Assembly: GCA_046052125.1 (NCBI GenBank)
Contig: JBJOMY010000001.1
Location: 512,001 to 576,000, forward strand
Direction: 5' to 3'
Source: Cyanobacteriota bacterium
GTDB lineage: Bacteria > Cyanobacteriota > Cyanobacteriia > PCC-6307 > Cyanobiaceae
Length of the DNA stretch: 64,000 nt
Shown here: piece by piece, positions 30,957 through 40,869 of the stretch
Layout: the number at the start of each line of letters is the position of its first letter
How positions within the stretch are numbered: the first letter of the stretch is position 1
Position numbers and translations under genes: made by a program
Notes under the pieces: generated by a model
What the model saw: the letters and a program-made list of their open reading frames with translations, nothing else
Database searches by the model: none
Told to the model about the DNA's origin: nothing

Positions 30957-32159
30957 TCAAACCCCCTGGTTCTCTTCCGGTTTCTGCCGGGGTTTGTAAA
31001 GCGTGCGCGGTCCGAGCGGATGGTCGGCGTGGGGATAAGGCGCATGGGTATGCCCGTGGTCATGGCTGTGGTCGTGGTCGTGGCTGTGACCGTGCGCATG
31101 GTCGTGGTCGTGGTCGTGGGCATAGTCGTGACCGTGCGCATGGCCCAGGGGGATCGGGATGCCGTCGGGCTGACAAGCACCCGTGCATTCGTGCTCGCAG
31201 AGCGTGCAGGCCTCCACCAGCCCCTCCACATGGTGGTGATGGCTCTGCTGGGGCGCCCCCACCTCGGTTTCAAAGCCGAGCACCTGGGCGCGGTACTTAC
31301 AGAGGGAGCAGTTCATCTGCGTCTCACCGCGCACCACCTCCTGCACGCGCTCCAGGAAGGTGTTGATCACCAGCGGGTGATCGCCCAGGTAGCTGGCCTC
31401 CACAAACTCCAGCTCGGGGTGATCCGATGCCACCAGCTGGGTGTGCTGGCGGATGCGACTCACCAGCACCCCAGAGAAGAGGAAATAGGGAAACACCACG
31501 ATCCGGCGGAAACCGAGCTTCACCGCGTGGCGCAGGCCGGGCTCCACCAAGGGGAAGGTGACGCCGGAATACACGGTTTCACCCCACCCGAACCCGAAGC
31601 CCTCCACCAACATCCGCGCCACCTTCGACACGTTGGAGTTGGCGTCGGGGTCGGAGGAACCGCGGCCCACCACCACCAGCAGGGTGTCGCTGAGCGGCAC
31701 CGGTGTCTCACCGCGAGCGGCTGCGGCCGTATCCGAATCATCGAGCGCCTCGCGAATCCGGGCACCGGCGGCCTGGATCATGCTCAGATCGACCCCCAGC
31801 TCGCGGCCGTAATCGATCCGCAGGCCGGTTTCAGCGCTGAAGGTGTTCAGCACTGAAGGAATGTCGTTCTTGGCATGGCCGGCGGCGAACAGCATCCCGG
31901 GCACCGCCAACACCCGCTGTACGCCCTGGGCGCGCAGGCTCTCCAGGCCATCGCGCAGGATCGGCCGCGCAAACTCGAGATAGCCGTACTCCACCGGCAC
32001 ACCGGGTAGCTGCGCCCGCAGGCCCTCCGCCAGCTGGGCAAACTCATTCACTGCCTGCCGGTTGCGGCTGCCATGGCCGCAGATCAACACCCCGATCGGG
32101 CCACCCTCGACGCCATGCAGGGTGGCGTTGCAATCAAGCTGCGGCGCGGGGTTGCTCAT
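30957..32159 (-). CDS. cbiX: sirohydrochlorin cobaltochelatase CbiX with His-rich tail
   Basis: GHGSR, YLEFARP, AAGHAKNDIP, GRGSSDPDAN, MNCSLCKY, CTLC...C...C and HDHDH tail. Confidence 0.9.
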   Translation of the reverse strand: MSNPAPQLDCNATLHGVEGGPIGVLICGHGSRNRQAVNEFAQLAEGLRAQLPGVPVEYGYLEFARPILRDGLESLRAQGVQRVLAVPGMLFAAGHAKNDIPSVLNTFSAETGLRIDYGRELGVDLSMIQAAGARIREALDDSDTAAAARGETPVPLSDTLLVVVGRGSSDPDANSNVSKVARMLVEGFGFGWGETVYSGVTFPLVEPGLRHAVKLGFRRIVVFPYFLFSGVLVSRIRQHTQLVASDHPELEFVEASYLGDHPLVINTFLERVQEVVRGETQMNCSLCKYRAQVLGFETEVGAPQQSHHHHVEGLVEACTLCEHECTGACQPDGIPIPLGHAHGHDYAHDHDHDHAHGHSHDHDHSHDHGHTHAPYPHADHPLGPRTLYKPRQKPEENQGV

Positions 32160-32224
32160 GGGAGGTGATTCCTGAACTGACCCTATTGCCAAGACCTAGG
32201 GTGCCTCCAGAGAACAACTCACGC

Positions 32225-32887
32225 GTGCAGAAGAGCGAAAACAACCGAGCTGGCGAACTGAAGGAGCTGGGCTGGAGCGCTGAAGACGTGCGCCGCTACG
32301 AAGAGCTGTGGGAGTACCGGCAGCGCTGGGGCGCGATCAACCTGGAGCGCGACGACCGTCAGTTCCTGCGCAAGGCCGAAGCCGCCCTGCCCAAGATCGT
32401 GGCCAAGGGATCCGAAAAGAAGCGCACCCAGGACAAATCCCACTACCGCTGGCTGGCGTTTTATCTCGACGCCATGCAGACCGTGCCGCTTCAGGAGGGT
32501 GAAGTGGCGGCCTGGCCGATCGTGCTGCAGGAAGAACTGCGCACGATCGACTACTACCAACCGGTGCTCGGCCTGCCCGACACGCTCAAGGCCAAGGAGC
32601 TTCTGCCGATCCGGGAACAGCTCGTGGCACAGGCATCCGCCACCGGCCGCAGCGCCAGCTTCGACTTTGTGGCGCCCCTCGAGGAGCTCAAGAAAACGGA
32701 GAAAACCAGCTGGAAGCCCCTGCGCGGGGAGGGCAACACCGACACGAGTTTCCCGGTTCTGTCCTCAGATGCATCCGAAGCCTTCCGCTCCGAAGCCCGC
32801 GCCACACTCAGCAGCGCGATCCGCGAGCTGTTCCCGTCCCTGAAGGACACCGACAAGCCCGAGCCTCCCGCCGACTGGATGCCCTAA
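32225..32887 (+). CDS. hypothetical protein
   Basis: Strong host-like codon bias; ELWEYRQRWGAINLE; GTG start uncertain. Confidence 0.75.
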   Translation: MQKSENNRAGELKELGWSAEDVRRYEELWEYRQRWGAINLERDDRQFLRKAEAALPKIVAKGSEKKRTQDKSHYRWLAFYLDAMQTVPLQEGEVAAWPIVLQEELRTIDYYQPVLGLPDTLKAKELLPIREQLVAQASATGRSASFDFVAPLEELKKTEKTSWKPLRGEGNTDTSFPVLSSDASEAFRSEARATLSSAIRELFPSLKDTDKPEPPADWMP

Positions 32888-32982
32888 CGCAGCAGCCGCA
32901 GCCAGGCCCACCAGATCAACGCCACCGGCACCATCGCCAACAGCAACACCTGCACGCTCTGCAGCTGCTCAGGGTTCAACAC
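32884..32982 (-). CDS. 32-aa membrane micropeptide (not in the ORF track)
   Basis: GTG directly after the TGA of 32983-33210; MLNPEQLQSVQVLLLAMVPVALIWWAWLRLLR; stop overlaps the convergent gene's stop. Confidence 0.5.
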   Translation of the reverse strand: MLNPEQLQSVQVLLLAMVPVALIWWAWLRLLR

Positions 32983-33210
32983 TCAGGGCACCGGGCAGGG
33001 CTGTGAGTTGATCAGGATCAAGCCCAGCAAGCCGCACTGCAAGCGGGTGAGGTCGTCGAGGGCATGTTCAACATCCATGGCAAAGCCGGGGTTGTCGGCG
33101 GGCTGCGCCGTGGGAGGCGCCATCTCCAGAGGGGGCGGCAGCGCTTCTGAGCGCGCAGCAGGCGTTGCCGCCAGCAAAGCGAGGCACAGAACCAGAGAAA
33201 AACGGCGCAT
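32983..33210 (-). CDS. small exported hypothetical protein
   Basis: MRRFSLVLCLALLAATPAARS signal peptide; two Cys in the mature part. Confidence 0.6.
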   Translation of the reverse strand: MRRFSLVLCLALLAATPAARSEALPPPLEMAPPTAQPADNPGFAMDVEHALDDLTRLQCGLLGLILINSQPCPVP

Positions 33211-33260
33211 GTCGGCACACATCCACTGCTCTCGCTCTAGCCATAGCTAGAAGCAACAGG

Positions 33261-33881
33261 ATGAGTGAATCCACGCAACCGGACCGGCAACGGCAAGCGC
33301 TCCTCGAGCTGCTGCGGCAAGAGCCGCGGGGTGCCGCTGATCGACAGCGCCAGAAGGTGTTGCAGCTGATCGAAAGCCTGGAGCAGTCGCAACCGGCCAA
33401 CCTGATAACGGCCGGTGCGCTGCAACAGCTGGAAGGCGTCTGGGAGCTGCGTTGGAGCAGCAGCCGCCAGCCCTATCTGGCCGTAGGCCCTTGGCTGGAC
33501 AACCTGCAACTGCTCGCACCCTCGCAAGGGCGGGGCATGAATCTGCTGCGGCTGCCAGGGCCGCTCGCCTCCTTAGCGGGCATTGCCGTGGAGGCCGCAA
33601 TCGAGGTAGATCGTTGCAACGCGAGGCCTGATCAACCCCCAGAGAGCCAACGGGTGCAGGTGCGCTTTCAACGGGGTGGCTGGTTGGGGCCAGCTGTGGG
33701 GGGTCGCCGGCTGCACTGGCTGCGAAGCGTGAGCCAATCGTTCCCGGCCTGGCTCGACATCACCGTGCTCGATCACGAGCTGCGCATCTGCCGGGGCAAT
33801 GCGGGCACGGTGTTTGCCTTGTTGCGGCGCAACGATCTACAGCTCAACGAGCTGCTCCTCAACGTGCAGTCACTTGACTGA
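33261..33881 (+). CDS. PAP/fibrillin family protein
   Basis: LEGVWELRWSS, WLDITVLDHELRICRGNAG.VF.L. Confidence 0.85.
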   Translation: MSESTQPDRQRQALLELLRQEPRGAADRQRQKVLQLIESLEQSQPANLITAGALQQLEGVWELRWSSSRQPYLAVGPWLDNLQLLAPSQGRGMNLLRLPGPLASLAGIAVEAAIEVDRCNARPDQPPESQRVQVRFQRGGWLGPAVGGRRLHWLRSVSQSFPAWLDITVLDHELRICRGNAGTVFALLRRNDLQLNELLLNVQSLD

Positions 33882-34027
33882 GGTTGAAACAAGCAAATCA
33901 ATCATCAGCAGTAACAACGTACCGCCAACATCAGCCAACCCACAGAGAACAGCAAGAGACCCAGTCCGCATCACTTCCACAAATCACATCTCGCTCGTTC
34001 AAGCTGCCAGATAAGCTGCCGAGGCAG

Positions 34028-34912
34028 GTGCACTTCAGCGTGGTTGAGCTTCAGGTTCTCGAAGCCCTTGATGGGATCCAGTGGCTCGGAACAGGGGAGC
34101 AAGTGGCCAGCAAATACGCGCTGAGTCAATCAGGGGTCAGCCGAAACTGCAGCAAGGCACTTCGGGTGTTTGAGCTCGAGATGCAGAAGCAGAACGGCGA
34201 GTGGGAAATCCTGGGTGATCAAACCTTTCTGCGCCTGGAGCGGCAGGTGCATCAGCTAGCTCGCCGGAAGGGGCGCCGTCCGCTACGCCTGGAGGCCACC
34301 TATTGGAGTGCGCCAACGCTGTGCACGAACCTGCCTCCTCACTGGATGTTGGGTCGCTCCGACATCGTGGGGATCAAGCGGAATTTCCAACTGCTCGAGG
34401 ACTGCGTGGTGGACGCCTGGCTCGCCGGGCTGCCGGATCTACCTGGCGACGATCACCCTGATCTCACCGCCATGGTGATCACATCGATGCCGGTGTTTTT
34501 CACCTGTGCACCGAATCACCCCCTGCTGCAGCGCCACGACCTGAGCTTCAACGACATCGCCGAATTTCCAACCCTGGCGCTGCCATCTGGCTCCTATCCC
34601 CTGGTGGAAGCCGCTCTGCGCGAGATCGGCCTCTGGGATGACGGCGTTCGCATGACGCGCTACCGGCGCGAACGCTGGGAGGGACGAACGGAAACGGAAC
34701 TGGTGATCGGCTATGGAACGCCCTTGAGCCTGCAGATCAGTGGTGGAGCGCTCTGCCGGCTTCCTCTGGAGCTGCCATTTCGTTCGGGAGATGCGCTGGT
34801 GATCCGCCGCGCCCTCGCCAACGATCCAGCCGTGGCCGCACTGTTCGAGGCTCTGAGCGAGAAGGCGAGGGAGCTGTCCGCCGCAATTCCCGAGATCGAG
34901 GTGCTCCGCTGA
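34028..34912 (+). CDS. LysR-type transcriptional regulator (divergent)
   Basis: N-terminal HTH (SQSGVSR); substrate-binding half with HPLL...IAEFPTLALP; start uncertain (33884-34040). Confidence 0.75.
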   Translation: MHFSVVELQVLEALDGIQWLGTGEQVASKYALSQSGVSRNCSKALRVFELEMQKQNGEWEILGDQTFLRLERQVHQLARRKGRRPLRLEATYWSAPTLCTNLPPHWMLGRSDIVGIKRNFQLLEDCVVDAWLAGLPDLPGDDHPDLTAMVITSMPVFFTCAPNHPLLQRHDLSFNDIAEFPTLALPSGSYPLVEAALREIGLWDDGVRMTRYRRERWEGRTETELVIGYGTPLSLQISGGALCRLPLELPFRSGDALVIRRALANDPAVAALFEALSEKARELSAAIPEIEVLR

Positions 34913-35028
34913 GCGAGCAAACAGCCGAGGCCAAGCAGCTATGCAACTTTCGACTAGAGCGCCAGAGAGCGTTACCCCAGGGAGCAACACGACCATCCCT
35001 CGACATAGCGAACCAGATAATTCCGGCG

Positions 35029-35568
35029 TTGCATCGCGAGTGGTCACGCTTGGTTTCGGCGGAGTCGCTCGCAGCCCTCGATCATCTGCAATGGCTGCGA
35101 ACCGGTTCCCGTGCCGGTGAGGCGCTGAACTGCAGCCAGTCGCGGATCTGCCGGGCAGCGAAACGCTGCGAAGAGGTTCTCCAGATCCGGCTCACCAAGG
35201 TGGATTCGGAATGGATCACCACGGGAGACACCACACTCCTGGCGGCCGAACGGCATGTGCATCAGCACTACCGCTGGAGCAAGGCTCAGCCGCTACGACT
35301 GGATGGCCATCAAGCCCTGCTCCACGAGCTGAACGCGCTCAAGCCCTTGGGCTGGAGCTGCGGCAATCTCGACAACACCTGCGATCAGCGACTCAGCTAT
35401 TTGATGGAGCAGCGCATTCTTGATGCCTGACTTGGGGTCGATGCAAACAGTGAGTACCAACTGACCATTCAGAGCGACTTTGCGCGCCATCACCGCGCCC
35501 AGTCACTGGCCAATCACCTGAGCGAGCATCTGGGCCGCGCCGTGACCATCATCGAAGCGATCAACTGA
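35029..35568 (+). pseudogene. LysR-like paralog interrupted by an in-frame TGA
   Basis: Aligns with the N-half of 34028-34912; ILDA*L matches VVDAWL; frame stays open for 45 more codons to TGA 35566-35568. Confidence 0.65.
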
Positions 35569-35881
35569 GCGAGCAGGCGGATCGTCATCACCCAGCACTG
35601 AGGCGCCAGGCAACGGACCGCAAGCCAGAAGCCACTCCCCAAGAGGGACCCCAAAGAACCAAAACGCAAATTCTTTCGTTTTTCTTTCGTTTACCGAGCG
35701 GCGCCTTGCGCAGTTGAGGCCCCGACAGGCCGCTCGCGATCGCGTGTATCGCACAACACGCTCAAAACACGCCGAGTGAATTGCTATGCATGGAAACCAT
35801 GCGCTGTCAAGGATCAGTTTGCGGATGCATACGCCGTAAAGTCGTACAAACCGGTTTACCGGCGTAGGTTTTCCATTAGTT

Positions 35882-36133
35882 ATGCAGGCTTCTCGCACGA
35901 CGGGACAGCCGTCGCTCACCATTGCGCAGCTTGAAGCAAGCTATCCGGCCTATTGCAAGGCTCTGCGCATGTTGATTCGCGATGGCATTTCACTCGCAAA
36001 AATCAAGCGAACCGTCTGCTGGGATCGACTCGAACTCCTGCACAACACGCTGCCCCGCCAATACCGCGATCCGCTCGTTCATTACACGATGGTGAAGCGC
36101 GACGTGGAATCCAATCAGGCCGCTGCGGCTTAA
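35882..36133 (+). CDS. DUF3136 family protein
   Basis: LTIAQLEASYPAYCKALR...RTVCWDRLELLH..LP..Y..P. Confidence 0.8.
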   Translation: MQASRTTGQPSLTIAQLEASYPAYCKALRMLIRDGISLAKIKRTVCWDRLELLHNTLPRQYRDPLVHYTMVKRDVESNQAAAA

Positions 36134-36151
36134 TCACGCCGAATCAACACG

Positions 36152-36922
36152 ATGAGCAACCCAGACACCGCACCGCAATCCTTAAACATCCTCATCGCCG
36201 ATGATGAGGCGAACATTCGCCGGATCCTCGAAACGCGGCTTTCGATGGCAGGGCACTCCGTGACTGCCGCTGCCGATGGGGAAGAGGCGCTGGAGCGATT
36301 TCGTGGTCTTGAGCCCGATCTGGTGGTGCTCGACGTGATGATGCCCAAGCTCGATGGCTTTGCCGTGCTCGAGCGGATTCGCGCCCAATCGGAAGTGCCC
36401 GTCATCCTGCTCACGGCTTTGGGCGATGTGGCCGATCGCATCACCGGTTTGCAACTCGGTGCCGACGACTACATGGTGAAACCCTTCAGCCCGAAGGAGC
36501 TGGAGGCGCGCATCCGCTGCGTGATGCGGCGGGCTGCACAAACCAACGCCCAGGGCGGCGCTAGCGGTGGCAGCAGCAGCAACATCGTTGTGGTGGGCGA
36601 TCTGCAGATCGATTTCAATCGCCGGCAGGCCCATCGCGGTGATGAACGCATTCGTCTCACCGGCATGGAGTTCAACCTGCTGGAGCTGTTGATCAGCCGT
36701 TCCGGCGAGGCGATCAGCCGGCTCGACATGCTCGAGCAGGTGTGGGGCTACCGACCCGGCAAAGCCTCAGACAGCCGCGTGGTGGATGTGCATGTGTCAC
36801 GTCTGCGGGCCAAGCTCGAGCACGACCCCGAAAATCCCGAACTGATCCTCACTGCGCGGGGCATGGGCTACATGTTCCAGCGCCTGCAGCAGCGGATCGA
36901 ATCAGCTGCCGCATCCAACTAG
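36152..36922 (+). CDS. OmpR-family response regulator, RpaB/Ycf27-like paralog
   Basis: IRRILETRLSM, DVMMPKLDG, ALGDVADRITGL, LTGMEF, ELILTARG.GY.FQR. Confidence 0.9.
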   Translation: MSNPDTAPQSLNILIADDEANIRRILETRLSMAGHSVTAAADGEEALERFRGLEPDLVVLDVMMPKLDGFAVLERIRAQSEVPVILLTALGDVADRITGLQLGADDYMVKPFSPKELEARIRCVMRRAAQTNAQGGASGGSSSNIVVVGDLQIDFNRRQAHRGDERIRLTGMEFNLLELLISRSGEAISRLDMLEQVWGYRPGKASDSRVVDVHVSRLRAKLEHDPENPELILTARGMGYMFQRLQQRIESAAASN

Positions 36923-36923
36923 C

Positions 36924-37133
36924 TCACGCCAGCGACCACTCCAGCTGCTGTGCCGTTTCATTGAGGGCCAACTCCAACACCGCATCGGGCAAGCGTGGCA
37001 GCAGGCAACCAACGGCTGCGGCGCTGCGGTTGAGCAGCTCGGTGGGCAGCAGTTCGGGTGCAAGGCGTTGAGCCAGGGCCACTTGTTCGAGGCAGATCTG
37101 GGTTAAGAGGCGGATATCAATCAATTCAGCCAT
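36924..37133 (-). CDS. small hypothetical protein (69 aa)
   Basis: ATG-initiated ORF converging exactly on the regulator's stop. Confidence 0.45.
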   Translation of the reverse strand: MAELIDIRLLTQICLEQVALAQRLAPELLPTELLNRSAAAVGCLLPRLPDAVLELALNETAQQLEWSLA

Positions 37134-37230
37134 TCAGTCTCCGTGACGATGAACACGCTAGGAAGCTGGATTGCCGGCGTAAACGACTCTGGAAGCCTCA
37201 GATTGCAGCTGTTGTGCTGCGGATCTGCTG

Positions 37231-37623
37231 TCAGTTGTGCAATTGAAATGCGGAGCTATGCACCACCCCTGCACCGCTGGCACCCGGCACCGTGACCACC
37301 ATGAGCGACTGTTTGCCTCGCTGGTAGTCGTAGCGGCAAAAGCCCATGCCCGTACCCGAGCAGGAGCTGAGGCTGGCCAGTTGATTGCCCGCAAGCTCCC
37401 TCTCAAAGGGCAACGGCTGGCGATCGGGCTTAGGCCGCCAACCCGCGGCGAGCAGACGCGCATCCAGCTGGGTGACAGGCTCCTGCACCTCGAGCAACGG
37501 TGGGCTGGAAGGAGCGTCTGGACCCGAGCGCACAGCCTGGCTCAAGAGCACCGTCGCCAGGCCAACCGCCAGAGCCGGCCAGAGCCGTTGTGGCCACCTG
37601 CATGGAGCAGCGCTGGAAGCCAT
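37231..37623 (-). CDS. exported hypothetical protein
   Basis: Hydrophobic N-terminus; LLAAGWRP, CSGTGMGFCRYDY Cys pair. Confidence 0.65.
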   Translation of the reverse strand: MASSAAPCRWPQRLWPALAVGLATVLLSQAVRSGPDAPSSPPLLEVQEPVTQLDARLLAAGWRPKPDRQPLPFERELAGNQLASLSSCSGTGMGFCRYDYQRGKQSLMVVTVPGASGAGVVHSSAFQLHN

Positions 37624-37720
37624 GGCTGACGGTGAGTGGCGAACCCTCTCGATTAGAGCAATGGCTGGAGCGCAACCAGCCTGCTGCTCAGATTGATTTC
37701 ATGCCATTGAGACCGCTCAC

Positions 37721-38146
37721 TCACTTGCGCTTGTTTCCGTCCTCGTCGTCGTAACCCTTGAGGCTGCGAAACATCAACCCGGCGCCGGCCGCGATCATGA
37801 TGATTTCAACAGTCAGCTGCCAAAGGCTCACCGTGGCCATGCGCATCTGCAGGCTGTTGAGCACACCCACCAACAACGCAGCTGTCGATCCCCAGATCAA
37901 CAACTGACTGAGCCGGCGATAGCCATCCAAAAACAACAGCACCACCCCGATGCCCAGGGGGATCATCAACAACCCCATCCCCGGCGTACCGAAGGGCAGC
38001 GTGTAGCTGCCGTAGGGGTAGCGGGGCGCAGTTCGAACACCGGAGCTGAGAAACACCTGATTCATCAAGGCAAAGGCTCCACCACTGGCAAGCGCGCCGC
38101 CCAGCACGAATTGCACAAAGTCGCCCGAAGGATTGGAATGAGCCAT
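37721..38146 (-). CDS. hypothetical membrane protein (about 4 TM)
   Basis: Hydrophobic helices; GLLMIPLGIGV, AAGAGLMFRSL. Confidence 0.7.
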   Translation of the reverse strand: MAHSNPSGDFVQFVLGGALASGGAFALMNQVFLSSGVRTAPRYPYGSYTLPFGTPGMGLLMIPLGIGVVLLFLDGYRRLSQLLIWGSTAALLVGVLNSLQMRMATVSLWQLTVEIIMIAAGAGLMFRSLKGYDDEDGNKRK

Positions 38147-38230
38147 CGCTGTTCTCCGATCGCTCTAGTGTCCGCCGACCTCAAGGGGTTGCCATCCCTC
38201 ATCCTGGGGATGGGATAGCGGAGCCTCCAG

Positions 38231-38692
38231 ATGCAGCACCTGCTCCTCCTGGCCTTCCTCCTGCCGTTCCCTTTGTTTCGATCCTCAGGGGAGCGCACCA
38301 ATCAGGCGGCATGGGAGCAGCTGCTCGCCGAATTCAACCGGCGTGGTGTGGCCGTGAGCAGTGATCACCCGCGCTGCAAAGAGCCCAATCTCTATGGCCT
38401 CTACGTGCGAGGCAGCCAGACCGTGGTGGTGTGCAACCGCGGCGACCGCAGCAGCACCCTGCGCCATGAAGGCTGGCACCTTGTGCAAAGCCTCTGCCTA
38501 CAAGATCGCGCCTGGCTGCAAACCGAGGCGATCGAACGCGGCCTCAGCAGCAGCGATCGCGCCGAACTGCAAGCCCTGGTGCAACCGGAGCGCTGGCAAC
38601 GTGAAGCCGAAGCGCGCGTGATGGCGAAGCGCAGCGTGAACGACTACATCCAGGCGATGAACGAGGCCTGCTCAGCTACTCGCCATCGCTGA
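38231..38692 (+). CDS. exported zincin-like protein (HExxH)
   Basis: LYGLY...VVVC...TLRHEGWHLVQ...EAEAR. Confidence 0.7.
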   Translation: MQHLLLLAFLLPFPLFRSSGERTNQAAWEQLLAEFNRRGVAVSSDHPRCKEPNLYGLYVRGSQTVVVCNRGDRSSTLRHEGWHLVQSLCLQDRAWLQTEAIERGLSSSDRAELQALVQPERWQREAEARVMAKRSVNDYIQAMNEACSATRHR

Positions 38693-39380
38693 GGAAGGTG
38701 AGCGAACTCGTGGGCACCCACAGCTCGCGGCCCGCCTGGTTGGGGTAGCTCACCCGGCACCAATTGGTCGAGCCGCTGAAGCGACAGCTGAGCTTGTGCA
38801 GCACCTCACCCGACACCCCCATCCCCGCCAGGGGCGCAGCGAAATCCGGCCGCGCATAGAGGGGCACGGTGGGCTTGCCATGGCCGTTGAGCTTCACCGG
38901 GCTGTGGGGCGCATCGTGCGCCGATCCCGCGGCGGGCTTGCTGCCTGCCGTGCTCACGGACGACACGCTGATGCGGTTCTTAAAGCCGCCCTGCTCTTCG
39001 AGGGTGAAGCTGTGGTGGCCACTCATCAACCAGAGCCTTCCCTGTTCATCGCGCATCGGGCGACGATCAGTGGTGGGAGGGCCAGCGGGCACAAAGCGAA
39101 AGATGGCGCTGCCGCTGAAGCTGATCTCAAATCCGCCCTTGCCCCAGGGGGTGATCACACAGCTCTGGTGGCTGGTGTTCATCCAGCAGTCGAGCCGCTC
39201 TCCAGCGCCGACTGGCAGCCAGGGCAAGCCAGAGAGCGCGGCAGCTAAGCCCAGGAGCGATAAACGACGACGTGTCAAAAGAGGCGGCGGCTGCGTGCTC
39301 TCATCCTGCCGAGGGTTTGGGCGATCGTCCGGCGTTACGAACAAAACGGCTCGCTCGCATCCCGCTCGGCCCCAGGGCAT
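38676..39380 (-). CDS. exported protein with Tat-like signal and C-terminal SH3b-like domain; start uncertain
   Basis: TRRRLSLLG twin-Arg motif; C-terminal LYARP...WCRVSY...WVP. Confidence 0.6.
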   Translation of the reverse strand: MPWGRAGCERAVLFVTPDDRPNPRQDESTQPPPLLTRRRLSLLGLAAALSGLPWLPVGAGERLDCWMNTSHQSCVITPWGKGGFEISFSGSAIFRFVPAGPPTTDRRPMRDEQGRLWLMSGHHSFTLEEQGGFKNRISVSSVSTAGSKPAAGSAHDAPHSPVKLNGHGKPTVPLYARPDFAAPLAGMGVSGEVLHKLSCRFSGSTNWCRVSYPNQAGRELWVPTSSLTFLSDGE

Positions 39381-39406
39381 CCTGTGGACTCACCAACGCA
39401 CCTGGT

Positions 39407-40057
39407 GTGTTGCCGGCTGTCCTCAAGCCCGTCCTGCCCCGCTTGTCTCAGGCACTGCGCATGGCCGAACGCTTCGGTGAGCGTTGCGGAGCGCCCGTGC
39501 TGATGGCAGGCCTGATTGTGGGCATCGGCGTAGTGGAGCTGGGCTGCGGCCCGCTGGGGCAAACCAGCCGCTTCAGCCTGGAATTGCTGATCCTCTTGGT
39601 GCTGCAATTGGTGGGGCCGGGGGTGGTGGCCTTGATCGCCATGGCGCTACTCATGCCCCGATGGCTGGAGGCATGCCAACACCTTGAACGACGACACGAC
39701 CCATCGGCAGCGGCCAGCGGCTTGGTGGGTGCTGTGCTGCTGTTGCTGTTTCTCACCGCGGCATTGATCGGCGGGGTGCTCGCCAGCCCCCGCGCCGATC
39801 TGGTGGCTGAATTCACGGATGTGATGAGTGGGGTGTTGCTGCCGGATCTGCTACGCGCCACCCTGCGCTCGGCTGTGTTCCTGGCCGTGCTCTGCAGCTG
39901 GTGCCAATGGCAAGGCAGACGGCTACTCAAGCGGGGGCTTTCGGCCACCCTGGTGAGCAGTGATCTGATGATTGAGGGCTTGATGCTGCTGTTGGGGCTG
40001 AAGCTGGTATGGGTGCTGGCCATTGATCCCCTGCGCGTGAGCCTGTCCGCCCAATGA
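39407..40057 (+). CDS. MlaE-like ABC permease (divergent); start uncertain
   Basis: Multi-TM with LVGPGVVAL; ATGA overlap with the MlaD gene. Confidence 0.55.
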   Translation: MLPAVLKPVLPRLSQALRMAERFGERCGAPVLMAGLIVGIGVVELGCGPLGQTSRFSLELLILLVLQLVGPGVVALIAMALLMPRWLEACQHLERRHDPSAAASGLVGAVLLLLFLTAALIGGVLASPRADLVAEFTDVMSGVLLPDLLRATLRSAVFLAVLCSWCQWQGRRLLKRGLSATLVSSDLMIEGLMLLLGLKLVWVLAIDPLRVSLSAQ

Positions 40058-40854
40058 CCAGCCCCGAGCAAGGCAGCGTGCAACGCGATCGATGGCTCTT
40101 CGTGGGCTCGGGCCTGGTGCTGATCAGCGCGGTGTTGGTGGGCCTTGCCCGCGAACAACACTGGGGCCAGCCCATGGTGGGCTTCCGGCTGATAAGCCAA
40201 GACGCCAGCGGCCTGCGCTCCGGCCAGGAGGTGCGCATCTCCGGCATGCCGGTGGGCCGGGTGGGGCGGTTGCAATTGCAACCCAACGCCGACGTGAGCG
40301 TTGAGCTGCAGGTAGCGCAGCGCTATGCCGCCTTGATCGGCCCCATGAGTGTGGCCCGGCAAGGGCAGGAGGGCTTTGTGGGTGATCACTATTTGGAGAT
40401 CAGCGCCGATCCCCAACCCGCCGGCCAGTCAAGCCCCACCCGCGGCAGGCAGCTGCGCTACGAGCAGGCCATGGAGCTGAGGCCACTCCTGGAGCAGCTG
40501 CAGGCCAGCCTGATCAACACCAACAAACTCACCGGCAACGACCTACCGCACACCCTGCGCGAAGCACGGCGCAGCCTCAGCGAAGTGAACAACCTCGCAG
40601 ACACCCTGCAGCGCGAAAGTGCCGCCACGGGTCCAGATCTGCGCGAGACCCTGCGCCAATTGAGCCGCACCGGTAGCAATGCCGAGCAAACGTCGACCCA
40701 GGCGCGGCAACTGCTCCAGGCCAGCCAGCCGGCGCTGCTTCGCACTCTGGAAGACGTTCAGCAACTGACGCGCACCAGCCAACGGCTGTTGCAGGGCCTG
40801 ATGGGGCTGACAGGCATGGACGAGGACGCCAACCGTCCGCAGCAACAGCCCTGA
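40054..40854 (+). CDS. MlaD/MCE family protein
   Basis: DASGLRSGQEVRISGMPVGRV, GFVGDHYLEI, helical C-terminus. Confidence 0.88.
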   Translation: MTSPEQGSVQRDRWLFVGSGLVLISAVLVGLAREQHWGQPMVGFRLISQDASGLRSGQEVRISGMPVGRVGRLQLQPNADVSVELQVAQRYAALIGPMSVARQGQEGFVGDHYLEISADPQPAGQSSPTRGRQLRYEQAMELRPLLEQLQASLINTNKLTGNDLPHTLREARRSLSEVNNLADTLQRESAATGPDLRETLRQLSRTGSNAEQTSTQARQLLQASQPALLRTLEDVQQLTRTSQRLLQGLMGLTGMDEDANRPQQQP

Positions 40855-40869
40855 AGCCCCGCGCGCGAG

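Noticed and set aside
31040..31145. GTCGTG-type tandem repeats
   Set aside because: They encode the known His/Asp-rich metal-binding tail of CbiX
35428..35430. TGA as selenocysteine or a recoded Trp codon
   Set aside because: It aligns to Trp rather than Cys, no SECIS-like hairpin is evident, and TGA is a normal stop throughout the window
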